From Octopus vulgaris (lineage: Eukaryota), in contig OX597825.1 in assembly GCA_951406725.2 (NCBI GenBank), positions 65,224,001 through 65,288,000 of the forward strand: a stretch of 64,000 nt of DNA. The letters run 5' to 3'. This document shows, one piece after another, positions 15,855 to 31,260 of the stretch; within the stretch, counting starts at the first letter, position 1, and the number at the start of each line of letters is the position of its first letter. Below the pieces are notes generated by a model, which worked only from the letters and a program-made list of their open reading frames with translations, did no database searches and was not told the origin of the DNA. A program made the translations under genes and the position numbers.

Positions 15855-15915
15855 GAAGGTTTTTATTCCTATGCTGGCCACCTGATAAGATCGATATTTA
15901 AATTAACGATCTTAT

Positions 15916-15964
<49 letters not shown>

Positions 15965-16933
15965 CATATGTATGTGTGTGTGTGTATATATAACTTTCTA
16001 ATTCATTCACTTCCCTCTCTCTCGCTATGTATCTATCTCCCGGTTTCCTCTCTCCTATTTCTCTCTTTATACGCACACACATACAATGGCATAACATACT
16101 ATTGCTAATCATAATAGACAGAATGCCTCGTGCTTTTTGCTTCCACGTACAATTTTAAGTGTGAATCACTTGTAGTAATATTTCCATGAATTTTTGAAAG
16201 GCTTTTCATAATTCCAGTACTTAGCTAATGTTTGTTCAGTTCTCTTTATTCTCAACACAGGATATCTAGAGAAACCACTTACGCCGAATATTTTCTTGTG
16301 TGACTTTCATAACTTTCTCGAATTCGATATCCCACATATACACAAAATTAAACACACAGACGCACACCCCTACACACATATGCACACATATTTACGTACA
16401 TGTTTACATATATTGTGTGTGTGTTTGTCTTTGTGCGTGTGCATGTGTGTATGCGCGTGTGTGTATTAATTATAGGAATCTCGTAGTTATACCGAAAATA
16501 TTTCTTTTGTACGATGTGTTAAGTGAGATCTTTTAATAAGTGGGAGAAAAATTAAGCTTACAATAATTGTATAATGATAATTACAGTTAACGCGGAAAGA
16601 GATTTGCGAATGAAATCAACCTACTTATCTAAATGAATACATAATACAGTCTATCCCTAAATATGTTATGTATATATTTCAATATGTCATTTGATATTGT
16701 TCCCCAGAGTCTCATCTCATTAGCTGCAATTATATATTCATGGTTGTATGTCTGTGCATACATATATATTTACATACACGCACATATAAGTATATAGTTG
16801 TATATGTGTGTGTGTGTCTGTACATATACACACGCCCACACACCACACACATTCTTATATATGAGAATATATCTTTGCCCACGCAGACAAAAATCACTCA
16901 CCCACGCCCATGAGTGTGTGTGTGTGCGCGCGT

Positions 16934-16974
16934 GTATGTATGTATGTATGTATGTATGTATGCATGCATGTATG

Positions 16975-17008
<34 letters not shown>

Positions 17009-17077
17009 TGTATGTATGTATGTATGTATGTATGTATGTATGTATGTATGTATGTATGTATGTATGTATGTATGTAT
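16934..17077. repeat. (TATG)n microsatellite
   Basis: Direct reading. Confidence 0.95.
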
Positions 17078-17384
17078 AGGACTGCACCTCTAGTGTGAAA
17101 TTTATGTTGTTCTTCCATTCAAATGCACACTCCTTTGCTCCACAGCTTACAGTTTCTACTCGCTGATGCTTTCATAATTGCTCTGATCTTTCTCAGGTCA
17201 CCTCTTTTCTTCTTTAAAAGTGTTAAGAATGCCTGTAACCTTTTAGTTAGAAGCTCCTATGAAATCAGCTACACCCATTTAGGTACTTTCATGTACTCCC
17301 GCCACTTATGTCACGCCAAACGTTACATCATTTGTACTATATTAATCTCTCGATTAAAATCCCAGTACAAAATCATAGACATTT

Positions 17385-17508
17385 ATTTACCGTTAGTCCT
17401 TCCGAAGTTGATGAAAGAAGTACCATTTGAGCACTGGGGGTTAACGTATTCGACTACCTCACTCACACAAAATTCCAGTCTTGTGCCGACAGTAGAAATA
17501 ATTATTAT
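17385..17508 (+). mobile_element. Old 3' fragment of SINE family B
   Basis: AAGTACCATTTGAGCACTGGGGG...CGACT...CAAAATTCCAGTCTTGTGCC..CAGTAGAAA matches the family B core end and terminal tail. Confidence 0.6.
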
Positions 17509-17544
17509 AGCTTCCATTAACTTTGTTCTGTGCGACTGTATTCT

Positions 17545-17735
17545 CAGTGGCGTATGATCGTTGTATTGGGTGTGCTGCCACACCCAATGCCGCCAAATTT
17601 CAAGTAGTGGTATAGGAAAAGTTTCCTCTTAAGATTTGGGATTTAACTGATTAGTAAGGTTAATATTTATAACGAATTTGCCGATTTCGATGGGTGTGCA
17701 GGGCACACATAGCACGGCTGAAATATATACCTCTG
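17545..17735. mobile_element. Possible old hAT-like MITE
   Basis: Ends CAGTGGCGTA / TATACCTCTG (imperfect TIR) with subterminal GGGTGTGC..CACAC hairpins near both ends. No matching 8-bp TSD. Confidence 0.35.
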
Positions 17736-18100
17736 AATCATGTGTCTATGCCTAGGTAACGTCCATATATGCATTTATAAGTCAGTTGACGAGCGTGATA
17801 TATTAATACTTTATTGATACATCTTTTCTTGCTGACCCTGCAATGTAGAATCAAAGTATCTCTACATCACCGCTCAATTAAAACGCGTCTTCCGTCATGT
17901 TGAAACCCTCTCAACTACTTCTTTATCTCTATTTCTCTCACTCTCAAATTCTCTTCTTTCTTTCACCGATCACTTGCGTTCAGAACATTCACAATTGCCG
18001 ACTTACCCAACTTACCCAATTTCCTTTCACTTCCCGCTGTATCCAAGCTCTCGTGAGCTGAGAAAGAAAACCATCTCAGTCTCTTTCTCTTTTTCTACCC

Positions 18101-18154
<54 letters not shown>

Positions 18155-18872
18155 CTATTTATCTCTCTCGCTCTCTCTTCAGTTTTATATCAGTCTTCAC
18201 ATTTACATTCTCACTAACATTTTCATTTATGTGTGTATGTATCTGTCGAATGCCTACGTATTTACTTAAGAGATATTCTATCTATCAAATACTTATGTCC
18301 CCCACTTACTCACCACTTCACATCACTCCACATAGCTTAGACAACATACATATATTTGCACTCTCTTTTCGGTGCTTTTAATTCTACACAGAGAAAGGAG
18401 GAAAGAAAAAAAATTCCAAGCTTTAACAGCTAGACGGAATGACACTGATTGATTCTGTCCTTCGTATGTAAGGCCAATTGTTGACAACACTGAATCATTC
18501 CAATTTTGATAAACGTTTGTTTCAATCAGCCGAGCAGCAGATTGACAATTAGAACATGTGTCACATAACCTCTGCCATTAGTTTCATTAATATCTATTCA
18601 GTTATGCACCAGAAAATAACGACATCATTTTCTGAATTCATACCAGCTGATTCCTAAGTACATACAAGCAATCTTAACATGCTTTCGTGCGTATAGAATT
18701 CATAGTAAATTCTCGACGTAGCTAGCAAGTAGTGAATTACAGTGTTATTTTATGAAATATTTTTTTTCTTTCTTTTTAACAAGCAAGTGGGGAAACGCCT
18801 ACTTCGCTTTCCGATGTGTTAGAAACAGCAGTCAAATTTAACTGAAATTTTACCCAACAGCCTATATATGTA

Positions 18873-19210
18873 TGGACTTTGCCTTTCATCCTTCCGGGGT
18901 TTATTAAATAAGTACCAGTTACGCACTGGGGTCGATATAATCAACCTAATCCGTTTGTTTGTCCTTGTTCGTCCCCTCTGTGTGTAGCCCCTTGTGGGCA
19001 GTAAAGAAATAAGAAACATTAGCACGCCGGTCGAAATGCTTAGCGGTATTTCGTCTGTCGCTACCTTCTGAGTTCAAATTCCGCCGAGGTCGACTTTGCC
19101 TTTCATCATTTCGGGGCCGATAAATCAAGTACCAGTTCAGTACTGGGGACGATATAATCGACTATCCCCCTCCCCCAAATTCCAGGCCTTGTACCTATAA
19201 GTAGAAACGA
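18873..19210 (+). mobile_element. SINE family B, 5'-truncated dimer
   Basis: Core plus internal tail ...AAAGAAATA joined to AGAAACATTAGCACGCC, then a second unit with the terminal tail CCCCCAAATTCCAGGCCTTGTACCTA. Confidence 0.88.
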
Positions 19211-19446
19211 TTTTTTACATTCTTCAGTATAATCAGCAGTATCAGTTGTTTGATTGTCGTTCAAACTTAAACCGCATGTATCACAAATACGAGTTTTTTT
19301 TTTCTATGTACCGGAGTATAATTTAAATAAAAGCTTTTTACCTATTTCTTGGCTCTCATTCTTCAATTTAACAGAGCTTTTATTGCTATGAGTGAATTTT
19401 TCAGTTCAAGAGAAGTAGATGTGTAGTGTTTCTTCTATTTACTACT

Positions 19447-19850
19447 GGCTTCAAATGTTGGTGCAAAGACACTAATTTCAGGAAGTAAGTCAATTAAATC
19501 GAATCCAAAACCCAGTTGGAACTTGTTTTATCGACTCCGAAGAATGAAAGGCAAATTCGACCTCAGCAGAATTTGAACTCAAAACGTGAACACTGACAAA
19601 ATACTGCTAAACATTTTGCCTGGCGTGCTAACGATTCAGCCAGCTCGCCGCCTTTTTTCCAGTAAATACTGGTCTCAGACTCTTGGTACAAGGCCAGCAA
19701 TTCAGGGCGGAGGTGTAAACTATTTGTTTTATCGATCCCGAAATGAAGAAATGCAAAGTCGATCGGGGCAGAATTTGATCTCAGAACATGAAGACGGACG
19801 GAGTACTGCTAAAGATTTTGCCCGGTCTACAAACGATTCTACCAGCTTAT
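19447..19850 (-). mobile_element. Two older adjacent SINE family B monomers
   Basis: Diverged matches to the core and head at about 19447-19655 and 19676-19850. Confidence 0.75.
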
Positions 19851-21512
19851 CGATGTTCTTGCAGTTAATATTGCCAGCCAAATCTTACTCCACGCACTAT
19901 TTTGGGACATTGTTGGGTTTTTTGTTTTGTTTTTACTGAATAATGTAAACATTATTTTACAAGAAAATATGCTAACGAATGGAACGTCTTCTATTCCTGG
20001 TCAGTTCAAACTCAGGTCTGACCAGGGCCAAACAACAACAATAAGGATCTTCTAGAGTTACAGTAAACTTAACATTAATCTATTACCGCCATAACGCTCA
20101 AATACTGACTAACTGTGACGGGAAGTCGACCTCGGCAGAATTTGAACTCATTTCACGAAATGCCTCTATTCATTTAGACAGGCGTGCCAATAATTCTACC
20201 AGTTTGCTGCCTTAAATCAGGAATTAATATTGAAATCAAGTAGCATAGCTTCTGACTTTGTCCCATTTTGTTCCCGATAGTTTGAGCTCATTTTGTTTCC
20301 AATAGTTATTGCAAATACAAATTTTGTATGATTATGGAAGAAAGATAAATAGGATTTTAATGTTTTAGTAACCATACATTTAGAGGGGGTCATTTCATCT
20401 AGATTAGCAGAACCAGTTTAAATTTGAATGTTTATCTATTGATAGACCCACTGTAGAGACAATTTAGTAAAACTATGCATTTTAAGTCGGGTTCGTTTTC
20501 TTCTAATGTCTTGAAAACTTTTCTCCGTTAGGTCACTTTCGGTACTTGGAATATGTTTAGAAATTTATTTTTAAATATAATTCTTTCCCACCGAGAAAAA
20601 TACAGTGGCTACTTATTGATATGCAGATATATATTTTTTTTTTGCAGATAGTCTCTACTTTTAGCTCAAATACTGACAAACTGTGCCGGGAAGATGTCTA
20701 CAAAACGGGTCGGTATAGATTGAATATACCATAAATATTAAAGTAATGTATTCCACTGGTAACTCGGCGTTCAGTCAAATTACTTTTCTCTGAATATAAT
20801 AGCCACCGCTGTGAACACTTGAACAGACACGATTTTAAGAACGTCGACTGTTCAATGAAAGAGTACCGGAATTAGGTAACACGGAGTATGGTGTACATGT
20901 GGTCGATCTGGAACATTGCATCGATATATATATTACCACTATTACACATGGATAACTGGCTGGTCGTATTGAATATTCATTGATTCCACGAGCGGAATGT
21001 ATATTGATTGATGTAATTATGAAGTAAATTGCTAGAACGTCTTCCGTTTACAACGAACAATGGTGACTATAACTCCCATTAATTTAGGCAATGATCACAT
21101 ACTTGAGATCTCCCCAACTCCTGATATATAAGTATGTGTGTGTTTGTACGAGATAGAATGTGTGTGAGTGTGAGCGTATGCATGCATGTATGCATCTATG
21201 TATGTTTGGTTGTTAGTGCATGTGTCTTTCTCAGTGCGCATCTGTGTGTGTGTGTATACATAAAAGTGATGGTGGAGGTAATTTTCATTTATTTCGATAA
21301 CGTTTATTCTGGCATACAAGTATATTTATATATATTCGCACGCATGCACACACTCACACACAGACACTAAGAAACACATACAGACACACAGCGAAAAATA
21401 CATACATTTACATATACACAATACATATACACATATACATATATACATATGCATTTAAATCTACACAAATATACAGATTTATAGTTTCCTTTAATGTGTA
21501 TGTATATATGCG

Positions 21513-21562
<50 letters not shown>

Positions 21563-21578
21563 ATGTCTCTATGTATGC

Positions 21579-21609
<31 letters not shown>

Positions 21610-21633
21610 ATATTATCATATATATATACATAT

Positions 21634-21688
<55 letters not shown>

Positions 21689-22126
21689 ATATATGTATGT
21701 TGCTGTGTATATACACCGTATATGTATTTACGCATATATCTGAATGTGTAGGTGCGAAAAGGAGGAGTGGGAGTGAGGAAGGGGAACTGGAGCGTAACTA
21801 ACATTAATTTAGGCTATGATCAAATATGTATATTCAGCGTTTAGACTATACATTCTTCCTTTTACAGAGAGAACAAGAACACAGTATCGAGATGTATGCA
21901 TTGTACTTAATCGACAAGCGGCCCACGCATATACACTTACACATACACACATACTCAATCAAGCAAACATACACATATACACATGTATTCACATTCATGT
22001 GTGTGTGTATACATATAAATATATATATATATATATGTATATATATACACACACACACATATATATATATATAGGATATACATATACATATATACACACA
22101 TACACACACACATATATAGCATATAC

Positions 22127-22184
<58 letters not shown>

Positions 22185-22256
22185 TGGCAACACACACATA
22201 CACACACGTACGCATATGCACTTATTGCATACACGGTTTTTGTACGCATACATGTT

Positions 22257-22289
<33 letters not shown>

Positions 22290-22632
22290 TCGTGTATGTG
22301 TGTGTGTGTGTGTGTGTATGTGTGTGTACGTGTGTGTGTATGTGTGTGTCTGTGTGTGTGTCTGTGTGTGTCTGTGTGTGTGTTTGTTACTCGTATATCA
22401 ACAAAAACTTACTCGTCGTTAGAAGAGGACGTAACTCCTGTTTGTAAACAGTGGCGATTTCTCCGACTTGAAAATTGTTAAAAGTTTTGGTTGAAATTTT
22501 ATTTTTAATGCTATTCGCTGGTGCCACTGGGGAAAATAAGTTGACGAAAATACAGCTAGTATCATAACGAATGTCCTCCTAAATTGGGAGCGAAATGCGT
22601 GGTAATTTGTGGACGTGCATAAATTACATTCA

Positions 22633-22666
<34 letters not shown>

Positions 22667-24042
22667 ACATCCTGCCTTTTATATATACTGATGTATAAAT
22701 GGCTTCGTTAAATTGTAAGATTGTTATAAGATATAGCGCGGGAAACTTCAAATTTTATATATCTAAATATGAATGATGTAAAATTGAATCTTAAATGTCT
22801 TATTTTCAAATTTCTGATGAAATGCAGTGTCTTTGGTTATATTGTGTTTGACAAGAATGTATTAAAATAATCTTGTCATTATTAAACTGTGATTTTGTAT
22901 ATAATTTTAAATGAGATTACGATGGAAGGTTTTATTTTAAATTACTTTACCTAAGACGTTTGTATCTTAGAAACAGGTGCGGTCTAAGAAAGATTGGTAT
23001 TATAAGGAGAGGAGAAGAAAATCCTTAAATATATAAATTTTCTACAAAATAATAGATTTATAGTGGACTTTAATACATATTTATACATACACAACTTGCT
23101 TAGCTGATATTGTAACCGATATCAATTTGATGTATGATTGTTCTGAATAGTTACTTTTCACCTGCTCAGTTCACCGCATTGCTAGTAGCACCTGTAGCCT
23201 ACACAGACACCGTCATAATGACGCTAGGTCTATAAATTTCTGTTGACTTCTGTAAAGTTAGAAGCAACAGTAATACTATAAACAAAAAAACCTCAGTTCT
23301 GTCATTCCTGTAATAAACATGATACGAGACAGGAGTTTTAAAATCATTGACTTACATTCATAAAATGAAAAATTGGATTTAGTTGGTACTGATTAAATAA
23401 ACATGCGAAATATAGTGAGGTGTTTGGTTTCGTTTTGAGTATTTATAAACTGAGAATGCAGATCAAAATGACAGCGTATAGAATTTGTAAAAATTATCAG
23501 GTTCCAAGGAAGTAAGTCTGGGACAAAGTTTTTATTCTTAACTGGTGCTAAACGTTATCACCTTACTCTGGCGCCAGTAATATCAGGCGTATGCACACGA
23601 TTTGTTTGTGTGAATTAACGGGATCTAGGAAATGTATTTGTCCTTGACACTTTGGATTGATTCCAAAATTTCAGTAATTCCATATACCTGATGTTTAATA
23701 ACAAGAGTTAAAACTTGCAGGTATAAAGTGATAGGTTTTGTTGTTGTTTGTTTTTTTTTTTTTTGGTTTTCTTGTTTTGTTTTGGGTTTTTTTTTGTCTT
23801 TTGTTGTTGTTGTTTTTAAAATTTAAGTTAATACGTTCTCTGAAAAGTATCAGTAACTCGATGTAAATAATAGCTTTTATTAAATAGGCTGAAATAACGT
23901 TTTTTTTTTATGAAATGCTATACATCGCTAAATCCAACAGAAGACAACGGATATTTGAAATAATCCCGACACAAGCTTCTGGAATGTCAATAGATTATAT
24001 GAGCCCAGATACACACACGTAAGAATATATATACATACATAT

Positions 24043-24125
<83 letters not shown>

Positions 24126-24172
24126 TACGCATTGTTATATACATACGCATACACATATATATTTGTATGTAT

Positions 24173-24215
<43 letters not shown>

Positions 24216-24448
24216 TATATAGCTATGTATATATTGAAGCATAAACATTCTCTCTATATATGTTTGAAAGATACTGTATGTGTACGTCTGTATGTATTTA
24301 TGTAAGGACGTATGTATTAATGTGTGAAAGTTTATGTAACAGGCTAAATTCCGTATGAACCTACCCACGTGTTTTTATAGAGACACTTCTGATCTATATG
24401 AATATGTGTTTGTGCATTATATGTATGTGCGTGGAGTGTGTATGTTCA

Positions 24449-24509
<61 letters not shown>

Positions 24510-25287
24510 ATGTAAGTATGTATGTATGTATGTATGTAAGTAAGTGTGTATGTATACGACTTATTTAGTGGTGAATGCATGTATATGTGCATAGTTGTTA
24601 TGCGCGTAGAATAATAAAATCTTGTCAGAGTAAACAACTGAGAATAAACAAGGAGCAAAGCATTACTTTTCATTTTATATCTTATCGTTCTCGTATATGT
24701 AATTATACTCGGTATGGTGTGTTACAATAATGCTACTGTCAGTGCTGACATTGCAAGTGATTCTGTGTTGTTTTTATTTGTATCTCTTACATATATATTG
24801 CTGTGCTTTCAACTACTCCACTATTTTTTGACGTCATTTTTTATTCATCATGCATTAGATTGTGCTGTTTTGAAGTAGGCGTGAACGAATTTTATTATGT
24901 GACGGCAGTTTGAAATAAGCTCTTTTTTTTTTTTTAACACTTCGTGTAGAGTAGTGTATATAATGAATTGTTTTCGCAACACATGTCGGCAGGTAACTTA
25001 GGTGGCACTGCCAATAAAAGGATTGTAGATTTTTCACTTATTACTTATCTACACACGGTGTGAACTCTTGTACTGCAGATAATTAAATGCCAGTTGCCAC
25101 TCTTTATTTTACTACTTTGCGTCTGCTTCTACGATTTTTCTTTCAGGGTAAAGAATTATCAACGAATGCTTCATTCTAATATGGAAGGAAACAAAAATGA
25201 GTATATTCTTGTTACTGATTCTCTTAGATATCTAGAATATGGTTTTACAAATCCCGTTTAACAACTTTATCGTTCTAATTGAACTCA

Positions 25288-25672
25288 GTGGAGGCGCAAT
25301 GACCCAGTGGTTAGGGCAGCGGACTCGCGGTCATAGGATGGCGGTTTCGATTCCCAGACCGGGCGTTGTGAGTGTTTATTGAGCGAAAACCACCTAAAGC
25401 TCCACGATGTTCCGGCAGGGGATGGTGGTGATCCCTGCTGTACTCTTTCACCACAACTTTCTCTCACTCTTACTTCCTGTTTCTGTTGTACCTGTATTTC
25501 AAAGGGCCGGCCTTGTCACTCTCTGTGTCACGCAGAATATCCCCGAGAACTACGTTAAGGGTACATGTGTCTGTGGAGTGCTCAGCCACTTACACGTTAA
25601 TTTCACGAGCAGGCTGTTCCGTTGATTCGGATCAACCGGAACCCTCGTCGTCGTAACCGACGGAGTGCTTCC
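25288..25672 (+). mobile_element. tRNA-headed SINE, family A, tail type 2, full length
   Basis: A-box TGACCCAGTGG and B-box GGTTTCGATTCCC. Perfect 11-bp TSD AATTGAACTCA at 25277-25287 and 25673-25683. Near-identical to 54028-54365. Confidence 0.93.
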
Positions 25673-26157
25673 AATTGAACTCATGTTCCCTAAATTCAAT
25701 GCTGAATATAATTATAACGAGGCCAGAAATCTACGTTGATAGACTTACTAACTTTCCAGTATTCGATGCACCGAGAGATAGACAAAGAGAGAAAGTGAGA
25801 GACAAACACATATAGAGGAACAGGAACGCTAATTCGTCAATGAATATCCTCGAAGCTTCAGCTGATATGTATGAGCATGATGTTATGAGCGGATAAAGAG
25901 CGGACACATACTTCCTGTAGTAACTCTAGTTTTTATAGCTCACTAATAGCACAACTAAGACGTACTTTTACGTTTTTAACTGGCTTCAGTCATGGGTTTG
26001 GGGGATGTTGGGATGCCACGTTCAAAGGTTTTCCTCATTTACAATTACATCTATAGGCACTTTCTTGAATCAAAGATCAAGAAGACAGGAAATCAAAAAA
26101 AAAATTCTCTACAGATTTAGCGTCTTACCACACAAACTCTCGCTAACTCAACAGCTC

Positions 26158-26204
<47 letters not shown>

Positions 26205-26496
26205 CACATATACATATATATATAGAGAGAGTGAGAGAGAGACAGAGGGGGGAGTTGAGAGAGAGATGAACAAATAAAAGAGCACTCACCACGTATCGTG
26301 ACGGTTAAATTTCCTGTTATTAATTTGCAATGTACACCTGCATTTTTCAATATTCTACATAAATAAAATCCCGCTGCATGTGCATGTATACATACACGCA
26401 ACTTTATATACACACATATATAGTATGTATGCATGCATCCATGTATGTATGTATGTATGTATGTATCTATGTATGTATGTATGTATGTTTTGTATG

Positions 26497-26530
<34 letters not shown>

Positions 26531-26599
26531 TGTGTGTATGTATGTATGTATGTATGTATGTATGTATGTATGTATGTATGTATGTATGGATAGAGAGAG

Positions 26600-26653
<54 letters not shown>

Positions 26654-26654
<1 letters not shown>

Positions 26655-26888
26655 AGGTGGTGAGTTGGCAGAAACGTTAGCCCGCCGGGCGAAATGTTTA
26701 GCTGTATTTCGTCTACCGTTACGTTCTGAGTTCAAATTCCACCGAGGTCGACTTAGCCTTTCATCCTTTCGGGGTAAATAAATTAAGTACCAGTTACGCA
26801 CTGGGGTCGATGTAATAGGCTTAATCCCTTTTTCTGTCCTTGTTTGTTCCCTCTATGTTTAGCCCCTTGTGGGCAATAAAGAAATAAG
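26654..26888 (+). mobile_element. SINE family B monomer inserted in (GATA)n
   Basis: Full head, core and the tail ending GGGCAATAAAGAAATA; (GATA)n on both sides. Confidence 0.9.
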
Positions 26889-26909
26889 ATAGATAGATAG
26901 ATAGATAGG

Positions 26910-26986
<77 letters not shown>

Positions 26987-27403
26987 TGATAGATAAATAG
27001 ATAGATAGGATGGCTTTTCGGATTTCCCGTTTACAAAACCCCTCTCGTTGATCAGTCGTCAATCTGAAACTAGAGCAAAAGACATTTACCTAAAGTGCTG
27101 TTCTGTTGAATCGCCCCAGGAACCGCCTCGTTGCGAAATTATCTCCTTCACCACATGACCATGTCTCAGGTTTTATCTAATAACTGTTGCAAGCAAATAA
27201 TTCGTATTTAAACATGCTGACTTTTAGTCTCTAAATCAAGAGATTGATGCATTTAATGGTAATATCTAGATCACATTTCTAAAATTACAGGTAGTAAATT
27301 ACTGTTATTAATAACATTTTAACGAATAAATTCTATGACGTACAAATGTCTTGTCGTGTTCTTGTGTACGTGTACGAGTCTTTATATGCATGTGTGTGTG
27401 TTT

Positions 27404-27447
<44 letters not shown>

Positions 27448-28102
27448 TTCGCATTAGAGAAAGGTGGGGAGAAAGATTGTGCACACGCGAGAGGGAGAGA
27501 GAGGGAAATCGATAAAAGAGAGCAAGAAGACAGTAAAATACGGGGAGTCGGGGAGAAAAAGAAGGGTGGGTATTAGGTAACCAAATATTAAATAAGCTTT
27601 GAATTACGAACTGCTACTGACGCCTCGTAAGTGGTTAAATTGAACCTTAATTAATGTAAATGTAGCCATGCTTCACTTAAATGCAATCTGTGTGAAAATT
27701 GGCTCCGGAAACAAATGCAAACGTGACAAATCAAGCTTAAAGACCAGTTCTGAGTTTCTCGTTTCCTCATCTAACCTTAGATATGCTAATTGCTTAACAT
27801 ATGGACCATTTATCGAAATATTACTTCACTTGTGGTTTCGATGGACAATCCACTTAGAGTAACTTGCCAAATGCTCCGAGCCTGCCTATGAAATCATTAT
27901 AACGTTGATAGAAAACGGAGTGAGCGGAGGCGTTGATATTAATACTAGTACGTTCGGAAAATCAGTCGTCGCTGTCTTTCATTCTTCCTCGTTCTCCTAC
28001 TCTCTTTCACTCACTACTATTCTCTCTCTCTCTCTTTCTCTCTCTCTTTCATTCCCTATCTTTCTGTCTCTTTCATTCTCCCTTATTCTCCCTCTCTATC
28101 TG

Positions 28103-28155
<53 letters not shown>

Positions 28156-28422
28156 ATACCTGTCTATCTATCTATATATCTGTCTATCTATATACATATA
28201 TATATATAACATGTATATTATATATATAGACATATATATGTATATACATATATATATCGAGATAGATAGATAGATACGTATATATTTGTGTGTATGTAGG
28301 CAAATATATGTACAGACACACAAATATATATATTAATAATATATATACATACATATATATATATATATATATATTTGAGTACTCTTTTTTCCACCTTGTT
28401 TCACATTTATGTGTTTACTCCA

Positions 28423-28462
<40 letters not shown>

Positions 28463-28950
28463 TTGCATACATATCTATAAATATGCATACAAATATATAT
28501 ATATAGATACATCATATATAAATGCATATATATAAACATATACATTTATGCCCACACACATACACACACGTGTGGTTGTGTGCGCGTGCGTGTAAATATT
28601 TGTATTTCTCTCTGGGAAGGAATGCGCATATCAGAATAATCGACCCATGGCTTTCCCAAAATACGCGTTCAACATTTAAAATAACTTGTAAACATTAATT
28701 CCACATACTATAATATTTTTATAATATAATGCAGAGTGCATGTGTGTAATTTTAGTGTAGGATTGTATTTTCGCATCCATACACAAGTAAGTCTGCCTCT
28801 GAATAACCGAATGAGTGCGTTTTCCTAAATTGTTAAATGTTTTTCTTTTTAACCTCTTTCAATAAAGCATGCTTACTTTCAGTAGTAATGTTTTGTGCAT
28901 ATTTTCATATATTTATATATTATGTATATCCCCCCTCTCTCTCTCTCTCC

Positions 28951-29076
<126 letters not shown>

Positions 29077-29302
29077 GTATGTATATATATATATGTATAT
29101 ATATACACGCATACTCTCTCATTATCTTTAGTTTATACATTCTCATATCTTTTCTCCCAATTCCATTAACGTCGGTCACTTGAAATCTTTCCTCTTTCCT
29201 TCTCTCTCTTTCTCTCTCTCTTTCTCTTTCTTTATAATTCACATACACACAGAAACACTCCGCAGATACTCTCTCCATCTATTTCTACCCTATTCTTTCT
29301 TT

Positions 29303-29344
<42 letters not shown>

Positions 29345-30816
29345 CCTCTCTCCCTCATAAATACATACCAGTATAAAAAAGAACAACAACACAAAGACGT
29401 TATTCTAACGCGCAATATTTTTATTTAAGCGACACAATTTTAACTTGGCTTCTTGCCATTTTCACAGTTGATTCTTCTTCTTAAGATGAAAAGTCTGTCT
29501 AGTTGTCCTATGAACAATAAACCAGACAATTTGTTTGGAATAATTTAAAGCCAGGAACGTGAACACATTTTTATTGACGAGGTCACCGATTGGCAGTTCT
29601 GTTTTGTTGCACACATATTCATTACTGATTATAAAGAAGCAAAACGGAAAGGTAGAACACTTCCTGGCTTATTGGCTCTGCCTTTCGTTTATAAAAGTCA
29701 GGCAAACGTTTTCTTTCTTTGCAAGAGGAAAGTGCATATCAAACGTTTATACATGAGGGCTGGTAGTGAAAAATCCTCTGAGTAATACGGAAACGAGGAA
29801 CCACAATGCCAGACATTCTTTGTATGTGTGTTAGTTCAAAGAGACAGCAAACATGTAATGGTTGTGTTAGGATTTGCTGAGGTATAAGAACGCGAAAGGT
29901 ATGTGTAAAAGTACGTACGTCGAACGAATAAGCACGTCATTTAACGTGCAAAGTAAAGATAGTTTTCAAATTCTGGCACACACAGCAAGTAGTTTTTTCT
30001 AAATAGGGCACCTTGATTACATCAATACCAGTGCTCAACTGATACTTACATTATCGACCCTGAAAGGCTGGAAGTCAAAATCGACCCCAGCAGCATTTGA
30101 AATCGAAACATAAAGCTAGACGAAATGTCGTACGCATTTTCCGAAATGAGCTAAGGAGTCTACCAGCTCGCACCTAAACTGGCAAAGAAATAATAGTTAC
30201 TCAGTCAATTGATAGTATTTAGGAAATGGAAACCTACGTAATGAATGACATAGGTACGGGCGTTGGTCGGATGTTAGCTTCGAAATCACGTGCTTCCGAG
30301 TTTAACACACCAACGACACAAAAAGATTTCAATGAAATTGGTTTGAAAGAGATTGTGCTACAAGCAGTTGGATAAGCTGTAATTAGTTTTTGATGGTAGA
30401 CCTTATCTGTCGACCAATTTAACACCAGGTCCTTAGGTGTTGCAAACTTATGGAATTGGCATCGTGAGAAATAGCTTCTATCTTCCACATTTTCCGCCTA
30501 CGTGTAGTCTGCAAGAAAAGAAAGAAATATGGCAGTGCTCTTTATTTTGTAACAAAATAATTTGTTGTGGATATGCGTGAATCTACGTGTAATCTTAGCG
30601 CACGAACATACATATATGCATACATACATACAAACATAAATACATACATGCATACATACAAACATAAATACATCCAAACATATATGTATATATACAGTTA
30701 CGCATTTATATACATATATGTATATTATGTATATATGTGTGTATTTACACGTGTAAACATGTGTCTTTTTGATGTGTGTGTCTGTGCGCCCATGTGATCG
30801 TAATTATATATATACA

Positions 30817-30995
30817 GGCGCAGGAGTGGCTGAATGGTAGGTAGCTTACTTACCAACCACATGGTTCCGGTTTCAGTCCCAGTGAGTGGCACCTTGTGCA
30901 AGTATCTTCTACTATAGCCTCGTGCCGACCAAAGCCTTGTGAGTGGATTTGGTAGACGGAAACTGAAAGAAGCCCGTCGTATATATGTATGTATG

Positions 30996-31034
<39 letters not shown>

Positions 31035-31260
31035 CTGTGTGTCTGTCTGTCTTTGTGTGTCTGTGTTTGTCCCCCAACATCGCTTGACAATCGATGCTGG
31101 TGTGTTTCCGTCCCCGTAACTTAGTGGTTCGGCAAAAGAGACCGATAGAATAAGTACTACGCTTACAAAGAATAAATCCTGAGGTTGATTTGCTCGACTA
31201 AAGGCGGTGCTCCAGCATGGCCGCAATCAAATGACTGAAACAAGTAAAAGAGTAAAGAGT
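30817..31260 (+). mobile_element. SINE family C (tRNA-like head, internal TA/TG microsatellite, (GAGTAAAA)n tail)
   Basis: GGCGCAGGAGTGGCTG..TGGTA...GGTTCCGG.TTCAGTCCC head; collinear with five other copies in the window. Confidence 0.9.

Noticed and set aside
21095-22751. Cluster of YI/CV/HT-rich ORFs (same pattern throughout the window)
   Set aside because: Dinucleotide repeat translations with no coding signal.
22810-22830. Other isolated CTGANGA words (also near 13303, 46025 and 46100)
   Set aside because: No stem II, GAAA box or stem I partner could be formed.
25288-25365. tRNA gene candidates here and at 15530-15604 and 1980-2053
   Set aside because: A/B boxes continue into shared SINE bodies (with a TSD at 25288); no convincing full cloverleaf with a terminator.
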